From: Moniliella sp. 'wahieum'
Lineage: Eukaryota
NCBI GenBank assembly: GCA_003971905.1
Contig: RSEE01000107.1
Span: 124,001 to 188,000 of the forward strand
DNA: 64,000 nt
Reading direction: 5' to 3'
In this document: piece by piece, positions 50,950-62,742 of the stretch
Layout of the letters: each line of letters opens with the position of its first letter
Position numbering within the stretch: the stretch's first letter is position 1
Program-made: the position numbers and the translations under genes
The notes under the pieces: model-generated
What the model was told of the DNA's origin: nothing
Databases searched by the model: none
What the model saw: the letters and a program-made list of their open reading frames with translations, nothing else

Positions 50950-53552
50950 TGGGTCTAGCTCTGCACCGCGCGGGCGAAGCTCGGGTGGGAATCTTCCAAC
51001 GTCGGAATCGACCACGGCATGAGAGCCCCCCAAGGTCCGGTTCTTCCCTGGACAACCGTTGGGCTTGAGCATGAGTCAGTCCTCTCTTCCTTGACCCTGG
51101 GCTTCGACTATGTCAAGGTTCAACGTCCTATGCCAACACAGGAGATGAACATCACTATCATCATAAGAAGGGATCAGACCGAGAGCTCATGCAGCCATAG
51201 GTGTATAATCAGGATGCAGGCACTCCCAGAGAGGTGGAAAGGCCACCTATGGACGCTGCGCAATCGGACGCAGCAGATGAAGGGGTCTATATCAAGATTG
51301 GGCGCGATGAGTACAATCAAGTCTCGTAGTACAAGGGGTATACAATCTCTTGGAGGCCCTACGGTCGACTCACCGTAAATTCGCTTGGATTGGTTAGTGG
51401 ATCGGATGCGGGGGGGGGGGGTATATAAAGACAATGAGTGCCCTCTCGGAGTATATAGCAGAGACAGCTGTAATGAATGTGGCGAGGCTTCTTCTGCACC
51501 GCAGCTTAGGCAGTATAGACTTGACGTATCTGAGGCCTCCAGGGCTTTTATCTGAGACGGTAAAGTGCACTGCCATCCAGAGCTTCAATACTGGACCGGG
51601 ACGGGCTTCGGCGTGGTTGGAAGGGGACTCTGCGTCCGGAGATAACAGGAGCGCCCTGTACCCTTGTCCTCTATCCTGCTCTTTATTTCTCTCTCTTTCC
51701 TACACGCAGAAACCAGTCAGACGTTACACGTGTGTTACTCCGGATTTGAACTGCATCCGTTCATGTTAACACGTTCACCTGGCATCAGCCCGGGTGGTTC
51801 GGGGAAAAGCCGATTAGAAAGTGGTAGAGCTGTGCCGGGCTATAGACATCTACTAATATGGGACCGTGACGAACTACAAAGAGGTTATATCCTCCGCGGT
51901 GAAGATATGACTTGTCAAAGATCTGTCGATACGGGTTGATCGACATCGTGTATATCTCGATCCTGTGCGCGCTGCTCCCTGACGCATCGCGTGATATCTG
52001 TGCCTCTGAGATCTGAGATCTGAGATCTGAGATACGAGAAAAGGCGCGCACCAGGGGCTGCAGCTCCGCGGTGGTGGTGGTGTGGACCCACCGAATCATA
52101 CTGTTCATGTTGTATCGAGGGTTATTGTTAGCGGCAGTAACCGGTAACTTCCATCAGGTTCTAGCAACCGGTTTTGCCGATACTATATGGCCCGAGCTAC
52201 GCTCCCTTGGCGTCGCATTAGATTTGTGCCACAAACGTACAAATGTCCCGTCACGCGTCACGCGTCACGCGTCCATGCACACATGTCACTTGCACACGTC
52301 ACGTCGCGTGCACCCCGCGCCGGCCACCTTGGCCACCCATTGTGCGGGCCCTGTGGGAACCACCGTCCTACGTCACGCGTCAGTACTCAGTACTGTACTC
52401 GGTAGTCAGTACGAGCACCTGGACTTTCGACCCCACAGCACGCGAGGCAGGTCACCGGTCAGGCCTCAGGCCGGGCCCTACTCCGAGCACACCGGAACCT
52501 CATCCGTGCAGGCCCGCCCACGCTCTCTTCTGCCCCCGTCCGCGTCATCCACACACATGTCCCTATCACCACCATACCTCACTCAGTACTCATCCCACTG
52601 TGCCTCACGCCGCACGCAGTGGCTCCGAACGCCCCACGTGCAGCTATTACTCGTGGCGCCCACAGCGCCTTCTCTCTGCACCGGGCCATCCTCGTCTTTT
52701 TCCGCCTCACGGCTGGAGCCCCCTTCTGCTGCCCCCCCTGCACACTCACACCCCACGTGGCGCTCGCGCCTGGGTGTGGTATCCTGTTGTTACTGGCGTG
52801 GCAATGCCGTGCCAACCCTTGACACAGATGTAAAGGGTGCCTAGGCCAAGAAAAGTACGGGCAAGAATAACGCTAGCCATAGCAGCAGCTATCCGCTACG
52901 AGATCGTAACTAATGTGTTGCGTATCTTCATTTGGTTCCTTTCCTCTTCACGGTACGTTCTGAACGCTTCTACCCGAACCCACTTGCAGGTGGAGACGCA
53001 CCACTGGGTAAGTAAGGCCCGTGGGCCCACGTGGGGTGTCGGCAGTGTCGCCTCATTTCACAAGAAGGTTGTCAAACACAACCGGGAGACTATGACCGCA
53101 ACCCCAACGGCGTGAAGGGCAGGATCCTTCCGATGCGCATTCCCATCCTCCTTCATCTCTGTCTCGATTTGCTGAATATACAACCAGGTGGAGAAGCTGT
53201 CTAACGGACTTTGAAACCAGTGGGGCATTTGACTGGATGCCATCCCTGAGACTCCGATGCAACTGTCTCGTCGCAGCGCCTGTGATACTAACCCTTCGAA
53301 CACATATGGTGGCCTGGCACGATATGCAATACCAATCTATCCAAACACCAGATCTCCTTGGTTTAATTATAGGATTAGCCATTATTATTGGATAGTTCCC
53401 CATTGGCAAGAATAAACGTGTACGCAACAGGAGCAGTCATAGTCCTCGATGTCGACAGTGCCATCGGGAGACATTGATGTCGGGGTACCCGGGGACATCT
53501 ATGCTATCGTTGGAGACCTATTACCCCTATGGTATCACCCACGTCAATGACA

Positions 53553-53625
53553 CCCCCGACGTCTAAGGCACTCACGACGTCTAAGGCACTCACGACGTCT
53601 AAGGCACCCCCGACGTCTAAGGCAT
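53553..53625 (+). repeat. 18-bp minisatellite (CGACGTCTAAGGCACTCA-like), 4 copies
   Basis: Directly visible, within a degenerate 9-bp-periodic tract. Confidence 0.9.
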
Positions 53626-54894
53626 CTTTGGTAGTGCTGTCATCGCCGACATATTTGACGTGAACCCTATCATTGATAGGGCGTAACCCTTTGATGTTTT
53701 CCCCTTCCCTGATGTCTTTGATACCCTGAGCGAGTCTCGTATCCATGTCGCCAATGACATCCATTTCGTATCTGACATCATGGACATCACTACCGTCCCC
53801 GTCTTCGAGAACAGCTGCGTTATTTACTTGATGTCTATGACATCAAAGTAAAGGTCCTCAAACTATGACAGTCATGATCGTCATGATAGTCATGGATGTC
53901 AGAAAGGGGTCGGTAGTGTAGCTTGAAGCTTGGCTAGCTTTATGTAGAGCTTAGTACCCACGACGGGCGCCTTTTTTTTAACTCTTGGCGCGTATTACAG
54001 TGCCTCAAACAAACCCGGAAATGGGTTTCTCAGCCGCCGCCTTGTTCAGCCTCGGCGTCTCAGTGCCCAGCCTGAGCGCCCTGAGTCCCGGGTCCTGAGC
54101 GCTAAGCGCTGAGGCTGAGACTCCTCAGCGCTCAGTTTTTGAATTTACCACGACACGGACCATGGTCCGGAGTCTCTCGGGGAACAGCTCGGCAACCGGG
54201 AACCAGTATTCACGCTGAAATGACGACCTGTGCCCGCCCCTAGCGTCAAAAGCCTCTTTAATTAGTACTTAGTGCTCAATTTTCAAGCGTTTTCAAGCTT
54301 CCAGCTAGCTAGCTTCAAGCTTCACCTTCAAGCTTCGCAGCTTCAAGCTTCAAGCTTCACCACAGTATAGTACATGTCATACTTAGTCACCCTGTCACCT
54401 GGTCACCACGAGTTCATCCCAAACACGGGGCGCAGCATTTCGACGAATAGTACTCTCTATCTTTCTTCCCGTCCATGTCCAGTCCCGAGGCCCAGGGCTC
54501 TTTCAGTTCCAGATGAGGCCCTGAGACTGATCTGAGGTAACCGTCACTCTGCCTGCCTGCTCTGCCATGGTAGGTCCAATAGTGGCGATAATCGATAATC
54601 GATAATCGATAATGAGGGATAGTAGTCAATGACCCGATGATCGATGACCGATGACCTCTTTATGACCGCGCCGTAAGGGAGCCGGTGTGACTTGTCTGTG
54701 ATATGCGTGGCGGTCCGGTTTGTAGGTGTCGGGTCTGCTATATCCCCCCCCGCATCTCCGGCTATCTGTTACTGCCACCGCCCCTCATCTGCTCAACCTC
54801 TTTATTGTTCTTCTGTTAATCCTGAGAAGACCTCATCTGCATCCCTCTCGCCACCACAACCACCTCTGCATGTACCCCGTTCTTGGCAGTGGCC

Positions 54895-57461
54895 ATGTCG
54901 GGTACGAGCACAGAACGCACTACCAACCAGAACGCCAATAACGGCTTTATTTCCACCATCTGTCGTCGCCTCAGCCTCACCGCCAACCTTAAATCCCCCC
55001 AACTGTCTGCCGGGATCAGCACCCAGCACCCACACAAGGAGTATGGGCGGTGGCGCAACGTGCTTGGAAGTGGGGCGGGGGTACCGTGCGCTTGGTCAAG
55101 CGACCGAGGGACAACCTTACGTTTGCCATCAAGGAGTTCCGTCCTATTCAGCAAGGCGAGTCGGAGCGACACTATGTCAACAAAATCACCGCTGAATTTT
55201 GTGTCGGCACAACTTTGGACCATATCAACATCATCAAGACCACCGACATTTTCCGGTATCAGTCGAGTTACTTTCAGGTGTTTGAGTATGTTCCGTACGA
55301 CCTGTTTGCTGTGACCATGGCTGGTCGCATGTCCCGCACCGAGGTCTACTGTATATTTCGCCAGATTGTGGATGGGTGGATTACCTGCACAACCTCGGCT
55401 TGGCCCATCGCGATCTCAAATTGGACAACTGCGTCATGACGGAGGACAACACGATCAAGATTATTGATTTTGGCACGGCCATTGTCTTCCACAGTCCGGG
55501 AAAGAGCAAGGTCGCCGCGGCAGGCGTAGTGGGATCCGACCCTTACCTTGCACCCGAAGTGATTACCAGTCCAAAGCAGTACGATCCGCGCCTAGCGGAC
55601 ATTTGGTCACTTGGGGTGATCTTTCTGTGCCTCTACCTTCGTCGATTTCCTTGGCGATTGCCGGATCCGAACAAGGACCCATGTTTCCGGCAGTACGTGG
55701 ACGAACACCCGGAACCTCCCTACCCTCCCCATTCAAGCTTTGCCGAAATGGTCGCCCAACCCGTATCGAGTCTTTCGTACGCCCTAGCGTCTCGCCCCGA
55801 GGCGGCCATTATCCTCGAACCCAAGTCCGGGTGGAGGGGAATGCTGCCACCAAGTTCAATCCCGACCTTCTTCCAGCGTTTGACCCAGATGTGGGAGCAT
55901 CCATGATGGAGCAAGGGGGACCAGGGACGAGGGCGAGCTCGATCAGCAGCCACAGTTCCAGCTCCGAGATGGCGATGAACAACGAGACGCCCAGCACGGC
56001 ACCGTCTACCGCGCAGAGCAAACGCTCGCTGATAACCCTTAAGCACTCACCGTCTAGCTCTGTGCTCCGGTCGGACCGTGACAATCCCACCGTCTCTACT
56101 CGTGCTGCGAAGCAGACGGGACGCCCTGATTCTCGCCCCCTTCCCACCAGTTGCCCTCCTGCGACGAGGAATGCGCATGCGCACCAGTCCGACACTGCTT
56201 TGTCCCCGGCTATTTGCCCCGAGACAAGTAGCCACGTCGCTGTATTGAAACTGGAGCCGAACCCAAACGAGTTTCTTCGGCTTCCGAACCAGGACATGCC
56301 CACTGAAGTAGTCCGGGCCTTGGCTGAGCAATCAGGTTACGCGCGCTTTGCTCCCCCTCCGTCTCCCGCCTCTCCTCGCGAACCTAGGGGGCCTTTTTCA
56401 TCGTCTGAAGGCGGGCCTGGCCCATATGAGGTGATCCCTACCATCAGCGAGACAGAGTACGAGATGGACGATCCGTTGCACTGTTCTTCTCCTTCCGAAT
56501 CGTTGTGGACCCACAGGCCCACAACCAAGAGGGAAGAGGCGCTGTACGTGCCGTCTGAGCGAGCCTCGCAAGGAGTGAGTACGCTCAACCTAAGCCCTGG
56601 CTCAGAAACAAGGACCTCAGCGTCGATCATGATTCCGAGAAACCGGCGCGGCTCTTCGGGTCGGCCCAACACCTCGTCGGTTCACGTACCATCTGATGTA
56701 CACGGCTGGACCGTGGAGGGAACCGAGCCCTCGCGCAACGCGGCACTGAATAGCAGGCCAATTGAGGAACTGGCTAGGGCCGGCATGGCTGGTTCGCCTC
56801 GGGTCTATCTCCATGGAACTTCGCCCAAGACGAGCAAGCAACGTGTGTTGTACCCGTCTACTCCGACCTTGGAGGGCAAGCAGCCCATTCGGCAGCACAT
56901 TGAGCCCATTCCCCGACCCTCGTGGTGCACCACGTCGACGTCCTCAATGGACGGGGTGAAGACTGTGGGCGCAAGGACCGAAGAGGTGGTCCCCAAGCCC
57001 CCGCCGCACGACAGTTTGTTGAGTCTCGCTCCGCTCGAAGCACGCCCAGCACTGCAACGCATGCTCATGATCAACCCGGCTCGGCGATGCACACTAGGGG
57101 ATTTGCTCCGTGGTCCGCGGTACGCAGACATTCTTTCGCCACTTCACCATTTACCTGGGCAGAGAGCAGAAGAGCCACCGGAAGGACTTGTTGGATCATC
57201 CACCTTGCCTGGTGCACCTTCGCTCTCCCCGGCGGGGAGTCCCAAACGCGCTCGATCTGCTCCCAAACTGCGCGGGCTACAAGACCTGGGGAGACCCAAT
57301 CCGACCCCTGGCTCACCAGCATCACCACCTGCTCCTCCCTCTTGCTCGAGGGCAATGGAGAGACACCGTGCCACACCCATCACCACCCGATCCGTCCGGA
57401 AGTGCCGGACGAACCGCCGAAACGGGGAAAGGCCTTCCTGCCAGGCCCGTTTACTTCGTAA
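54895..57461 (+). CDS. HAL/NPR-family Ser/Thr kinase (Hrk1-like) with a large C-lobe insertion
   Basis: [47 protein letters not shown] and DIWSLG; subdomain XI ([15 protein letters not shown]) only at ~57050. The C-terminal frame with DPWLTSI ends at 57461. Confidence 0.9.
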
Positions 57462-57888
57462 CGTGGCTCTAGGCCGTCGGCCTTCGCCTGACGCCCGTAC
57501 AACCGCGCAATGATACAAGAACGCGCAAAAGCGAGTGGCAGGTTGGGACACAGAATAATAGACAGAAAAGGCTGAATATACTGAGCAGAGGAAGGTGCAG
57601 TAAGGCTGGGATGGAGCACAATGCCCGTTGGATTTCCCCGTGTGTTGGTCGACAACACTACCGTTGGATTGCCACAAAAAGCAGGCCCAGTGACTAGTGA
57701 CACCTCTCAAGCACGTTGTCGCGTTCCATGTTACTGACTAGAACATTTGGCGCACAAAAGGGGGAGGGGATAGCATGTGATATTGCACAAACACTTTTCG
57801 TCTGTCGAGGCTGAGCCACTCTTTGGGAAAGGAGCCGGGGAGGGGAGGAGGGGCAAAGGAAAGGGCAGTGGTGGGCACAATTTAATAC

Positions 57889-59546
57889 TTAGTGGGCCGC
57901 CTCAAACTCCAGGCCAGACTCGTGGGTGGGAACAGAGAGGATGCGCATAGAGTTGGTTGCACCCTTGCCCGCGCGCCATCCTTGGAGGGCAACAACGGTC
58001 GAGCCCGGCTTGAGAATGCCAAGCTGCATCGCCTGGGCAAAACCAAACTTGATGCGGTTGTCTACATCTTCCTGCCATTTGCCCACAGCCGGACGCGGCT
58101 GGGTGTAGAGGAAAGGGTACGTTCCACGGAACAGGTGGCACGCGCGAACGGTCTGGGGGTTGCGTGTCAAGACCAAAACGGGGCACCGCGGGCGGTACTT
58201 GGCAACGAGGCGGGCAGTGTTACCTGAGCTCGACATGAGCAGAATCGCACCAGCGTTCTGTTCCAACGAAGCTGCGACAGCAGCCATGGCCACGGTCTCC
58301 TCGGTGGGGTCGGGGTCTGGATCACTTGCCGCATCTCATTGAAGATGGCAGGATACGCCAATGCCGATTCGGCCAACCGTGCCGTCCGGGCCATGGCGGT
58401 AACTGCCTCAACAGGGTACAGTCCCTTGGCCGTCTCCCCCGACAGCATCACGCAATCAGCACCGTCGAGCACAGCGTTGAACACGTCCGACACTTCGGCC
58501 GGGTGGGACGGTTGTTCTTGATCATCGACTCGAGCATTTGGGTGGCACAAATGACCGGCTTACCAGCCAAGTTGCACTGGGCGATCATCATTTTCTGTAA
58601 CAAAGCAACAGCACTGGTAAGCACACTGTACTTACTACAACGAGTATAGGGTGTAGTTGAGACGTACCTGGCTCACCGCGACCGCTTCGGCAGGGATTTC
58701 AATGCCAAGGTCACCACGGGCGACCATGATGCCATCGGTCTCCTTGAGAATCTGAGAAAAGTTCTGTACGCCCTGATGAGACTCGATCTTGGAGATAATC
58801 TTGAGGTTGGTTCCATCCGGACCCAGAACCTTGCGGATGTGCTTGACGTCGTTCGGGGTACGAATAAAGGAAGCAAAAATGTAGTCCAAGTCCTTTGCGA
58901 CTGCAAAGCGAATGTCCGCTTCGTCCTTGGCCGACAGGGCAGGTAGATCAATCTCGGTCATGGGCAGGTTGACACCTTTCTTGTTGCTTAGCACACCCGC
59001 GTTCACAGCACGCACTTTGACCTTGGTCGGCGACTCGATGGCGAGCACTTCGAGGGCAAGAATGCCATCGTCAATGTAAATTTTCTTGCCCACGTCGATC
59101 ATCTTGGGCAAGTTTTTGTAGTCAATGTAGAGGTACTCGGGCTGGACTTTTCCGCAAAGGCGTCGTCCGTCGTGACGTAAAACTCGTGGCCTGCCTCGAT
59201 GGGCGCATCCTCTCCGTTGACCATCATGCCAGTGCGCATCTCGGGGCCCTTAGTATCGAGCGCAATCGCTAGCGGGCGGCCAGGATACTGGGCCTCGACG
59301 TGGCGGGCATTGTCGATGACCGACTGGAAGTACTCGTGGGTGCCATGCGACGCATTGAGGCGTACCACGTTCATGCCGGCGTCGCGGAGGGCCCTGAGGG
59401 TGGGCACGTTGTTGCTCTTGGGGCCGATGGTGCAGACGATGGCCGTCTTGCGATCGTTGGGGTTGGACGCAGCCTCTTCGAGGCTGAGCGGATCGAGGCC
59501 GGCGAGCCACTCGATCTGGGTCATGTTGGCGTTGGGAGCAAGCCAT
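57889..59546 (-). CDS. CDC19: Pyruvate kinase
   Basis: [66 protein letters not shown]; intron 58667-58595. Confidence 0.97.
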
Positions 59547-60402
59547 GGCGGGCAGAGGCGGGAAGGGGGGAGGGTGGGGGTGGTGGTGGTGGTGGTGGCA
59601 GAGCAGAAGAAGGCGGAGCGCGTTGTGCGAACCATGAGGGCTGAGGTGAATGGGGCGGCTGGGGCGGCATGGAGCTCAGGGGCGTCGGCGTCATACTGAT
59701 TGCGGGTGCGGCGGAGGGGTGGATGCACGGCATAATGGGTCTGACAGGTGTCTGACAAGTGACTGCTGATGCATGATGCTTGTTGCCGCGCCCCGGAGTT
59801 GGCGGCTGCGCGGAGGCTCTGCTGCGCCGCTGTGCCCCTGGCAGGCGGCACAGGGGCCGTGCGGGCACAACTACCCCCGGCACCACGGCGCCACTCAGTA
59901 CTCACGCGTCACGCGTCACGAGTCACTAATTAATCGTCCTGGTCGCCGTCCCTGCCGCCTCCCCCAGCTCCCCCCAGCTCGCCTTGTCCAGGCGCGCGCC
60001 CCTCCCTTCGTACATCCGCGCTCCGCTCCGCTCAGCCGGCCGCAGTCGTTGGCGCGGCTCGCCGTCGCACAGCAGAAACTGGCCACTCCAGCCCTCCGCA
60101 TCTTCGTCTCCGCCATGAACCAAGTTTCGTGTGGGCCCGCCCACTCGACAGAAAAAAGGCATGCTGTCCGGCGCACAGGAGAGCCCATCAAGCGCAATGT
60201 GCGTACACAGCGCGCCCCTGCTTTCTTAGTTTGCTTTTGGTATGTACTTAGCAGTAAATGTGGTGTAGTTGTGGAACCCCACACGTCATCCCACGTGCCC
60301 CCCGTTCGCCAATCGCGATCTGTAGTACCATAATAGTGGCCAGTCATAGTGCGTGAAACAGATGGTCAGGCTGTTCGGATCCATACACTCACCCTACCCA
60401 GA

Positions 60403-61580
60403 ATCCCTAGATCACATCCATTTCATTGACAGAGCTTAAGGCTGGGACAGGGGGAACGCTACGTCTAAACCTAACCGTTCATCTTGCGGGGGTTACTTGG
60501 AAGCGCCACTAAGGTCAAGGAACCAGGGGATCGCCAGGATATCAGGACCCTCCGGCTCACGCCATCCGGTCCCGTACCCTAGGAAGCGCGTGTGGACACG
60601 GAGGAACGTGGTTGACATCCGAGCGAGGAACCATTTCCACTGAGACTTATTAGTAGCCAAATCCTTCCAATGCGCAAACAACTTGCCCGCTGTATTGTGT
60701 CGTAGTATCCTCGCGTCGTCAAAACCAGGGGAAAACGGCTCTTGAGTGCGTCCATGGTACTTGGCGTTCTTGTCTATATTATCCCTAGATTCGCCCTGTG
60801 CACTTTTTACATCAGCTGCCCCGTGCCACCTTCCACGCCCCCTGCAGCCAGCAAGCATCGGTGATATTATTTCTCTATGTCGGTGTTGACGACGGTGGAA
60901 CGGTGGCTACGGTGGCGAAGGGGGAACGGTGGCTAATATGGCGACGCAGCACGCTCCAGCTGACCGGGCCATAGGCCCGGTGGTCCTCCTTGTGGCCTAT
61001 ACCCTTTCAGGGCAATTGCACGCCCAGGCATTTTCCGCCGGGTACAAGATTCCCGCCTAATGTCACAACACAGGTATCGGTTATTGTGCAGTCAAACCTA
61101 TATGGGGTTAGATGAACTCTCCTCTTCGACAAAAACCCCTGGGGCACATGACTTAGCTACGCTCAAGAGCACACCACGTGTGCATTCCACGGTCTACCTG
61201 CATATGGTATGATGTACGAGACTGTCCCCTGGAGACATCAATAAACGACGATACAGAAGCTTGAATCTGTGCCTTCCCTCCTCGGTGTTATCGGTAATAA
61301 TAGTGTCAGTCACCTCTCAGATCTCAGCCTCGACAGGCAAAGTTGTCTTCGTCATCTGTCTTCCATCAGGCCACACCGTTACAGTTTGGAAGGGGGTGCT
61401 TGACGGACATTGACTTGTCGCGAGGGACGAGTTGAAAGAGCAATTTGCGCGGGTCCGGGCTCTATAGAAAAAAGTTTATAATAGTTGGCGCGTATAAGCA
61501 ACACACCCGGATGAACGGGTCGGTTTAGGTGCAGCACTTCGTGGTCCCAGCTTAAGCTTTGTCAATGATATATGTGGTTA
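60403..61580. mobile_element. Non-autonomous TIR-bounded element (~1.2 kb) containing repeat copy 2
   Basis: 60423-60448 TCATTGACAGAGCTTAAGGCTGGGAC matches the reverse complement of 61544-61568 (TCATTGACAAAGCTTAAGCTGGGAC). An inner block 60465-60483 matches rc 61510-61528 at 17/19. No TSD or transposase recognised. Confidence 0.65.
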
Positions 61581-62742
61581 CAGAATAAAAGGCCCACATA
61601 TGGATGGACGAAGAGGGTTAAACGTTAAACGTTAAATGATTGCTCTCGCGGCGTGGCATAGCCCATCCATTGACAAAATGCGTCACAGCAGGAGTCATCT
61701 TGAGTCCAACCGTTGATCTTCCATCCTATCGGCCCCGAAAAGGAACTCGCTCTTACGCTCCTCCCGCGTGGAACCTCGAGGCCATGGCCAGCCGTCTCTG
61801 TTGCTCTCTCGCTCTCCGTCGCGGCGGTCTACAGATGAAAAGGTCAGTGATACTATCATCGCCGTGCCGTCGAGTTTGGGAGCATATCAATGGTAATGCA
61901 TAATGGTCCAAGCAGTCCCAGTGTGCGAAGTGAGCTTCCAGTCCGCCAGCCACTCAGCAACCAGCCTTCGACATCATATTCATCATGGTGCCCAAACACC
62001 CCCCAACGCGAACGCGCTGGCCGGGTTGCTGTTGGGACACTAGTGCGGGTGTGTCAAGGGCATAGCCGGACTCGCGCTCCCAGCCCCTTCCATCCATCGG
62101 CCAGCTCCGCTAGTTCCGCGCGGGCGGAAGTGTGGCTGTCCGACATGCCTCCTTCTACAAGCCTGGCAGTCGTAGCTCACAGTCTTCTCTCTCTTCCACT
62201 CCCTCCTCCTCCTCCCTCTCCGCTACTCTCTACTATCGCTCACACAAGCAATCAATCCCTCTCTCGTCTATTGAATATTGTGACCCCCCAGTTCTTGCTT
62301 GCTGTCTCGCTTGGCATCGGGATCCGGTCACATCACTGTGTTAGAGGGGAGTGCTAGGGTTCTCCTGCGCGGCCCTCAATGGATCGGTGACGCTCGCAGG
62401 CCGCGCACGCCCTGCGCGCTCCCTCCCTTCTCTCTCTCCTTTCTCCTTCCCATCAGACGTTGCTTGAAGACTTGTGGCTCACCACTTTGCCTTCACGCCT
62501 TGTCTGAAGGCTGCTTTGCAGCTGATCCATAGGATCGCGAGTGCTCCCAAGTCGCACTCTAGCACACTGCTCCATATTTCAACAGCAACAACCAAAGGGT
62601 GACCGGTGACTGGTGATGCCCAGTGCGTGGCTGCGACCAGCGGTGATGCAGGTGATGCTTAGGTCATCCCCGCACCCGCGTATAGGTAGGTCCACCCACG
62701 ATCCACTGAGCCAGTCCCATTGCCGAGTCCAACCACCGCCGC

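Noticed and set aside
53553..53625. CRISPR-like repeat array
   Set aside because: The units are directly tandem with no unique spacers, the context is eukaryotic and there are no cas genes.
11438..59546. Possible functional gene cluster
   Set aside because: The genes are unrelated housekeeping and regulatory functions, with no biosynthetic backbone enzyme or shared pathway.
60400..60412. CTAG near the element end suggesting a Helitron terminus
   Set aside because: It is not conserved in the other copy (CTTAG), and there is no A|T insertion context or GC-rich subterminal hairpin.
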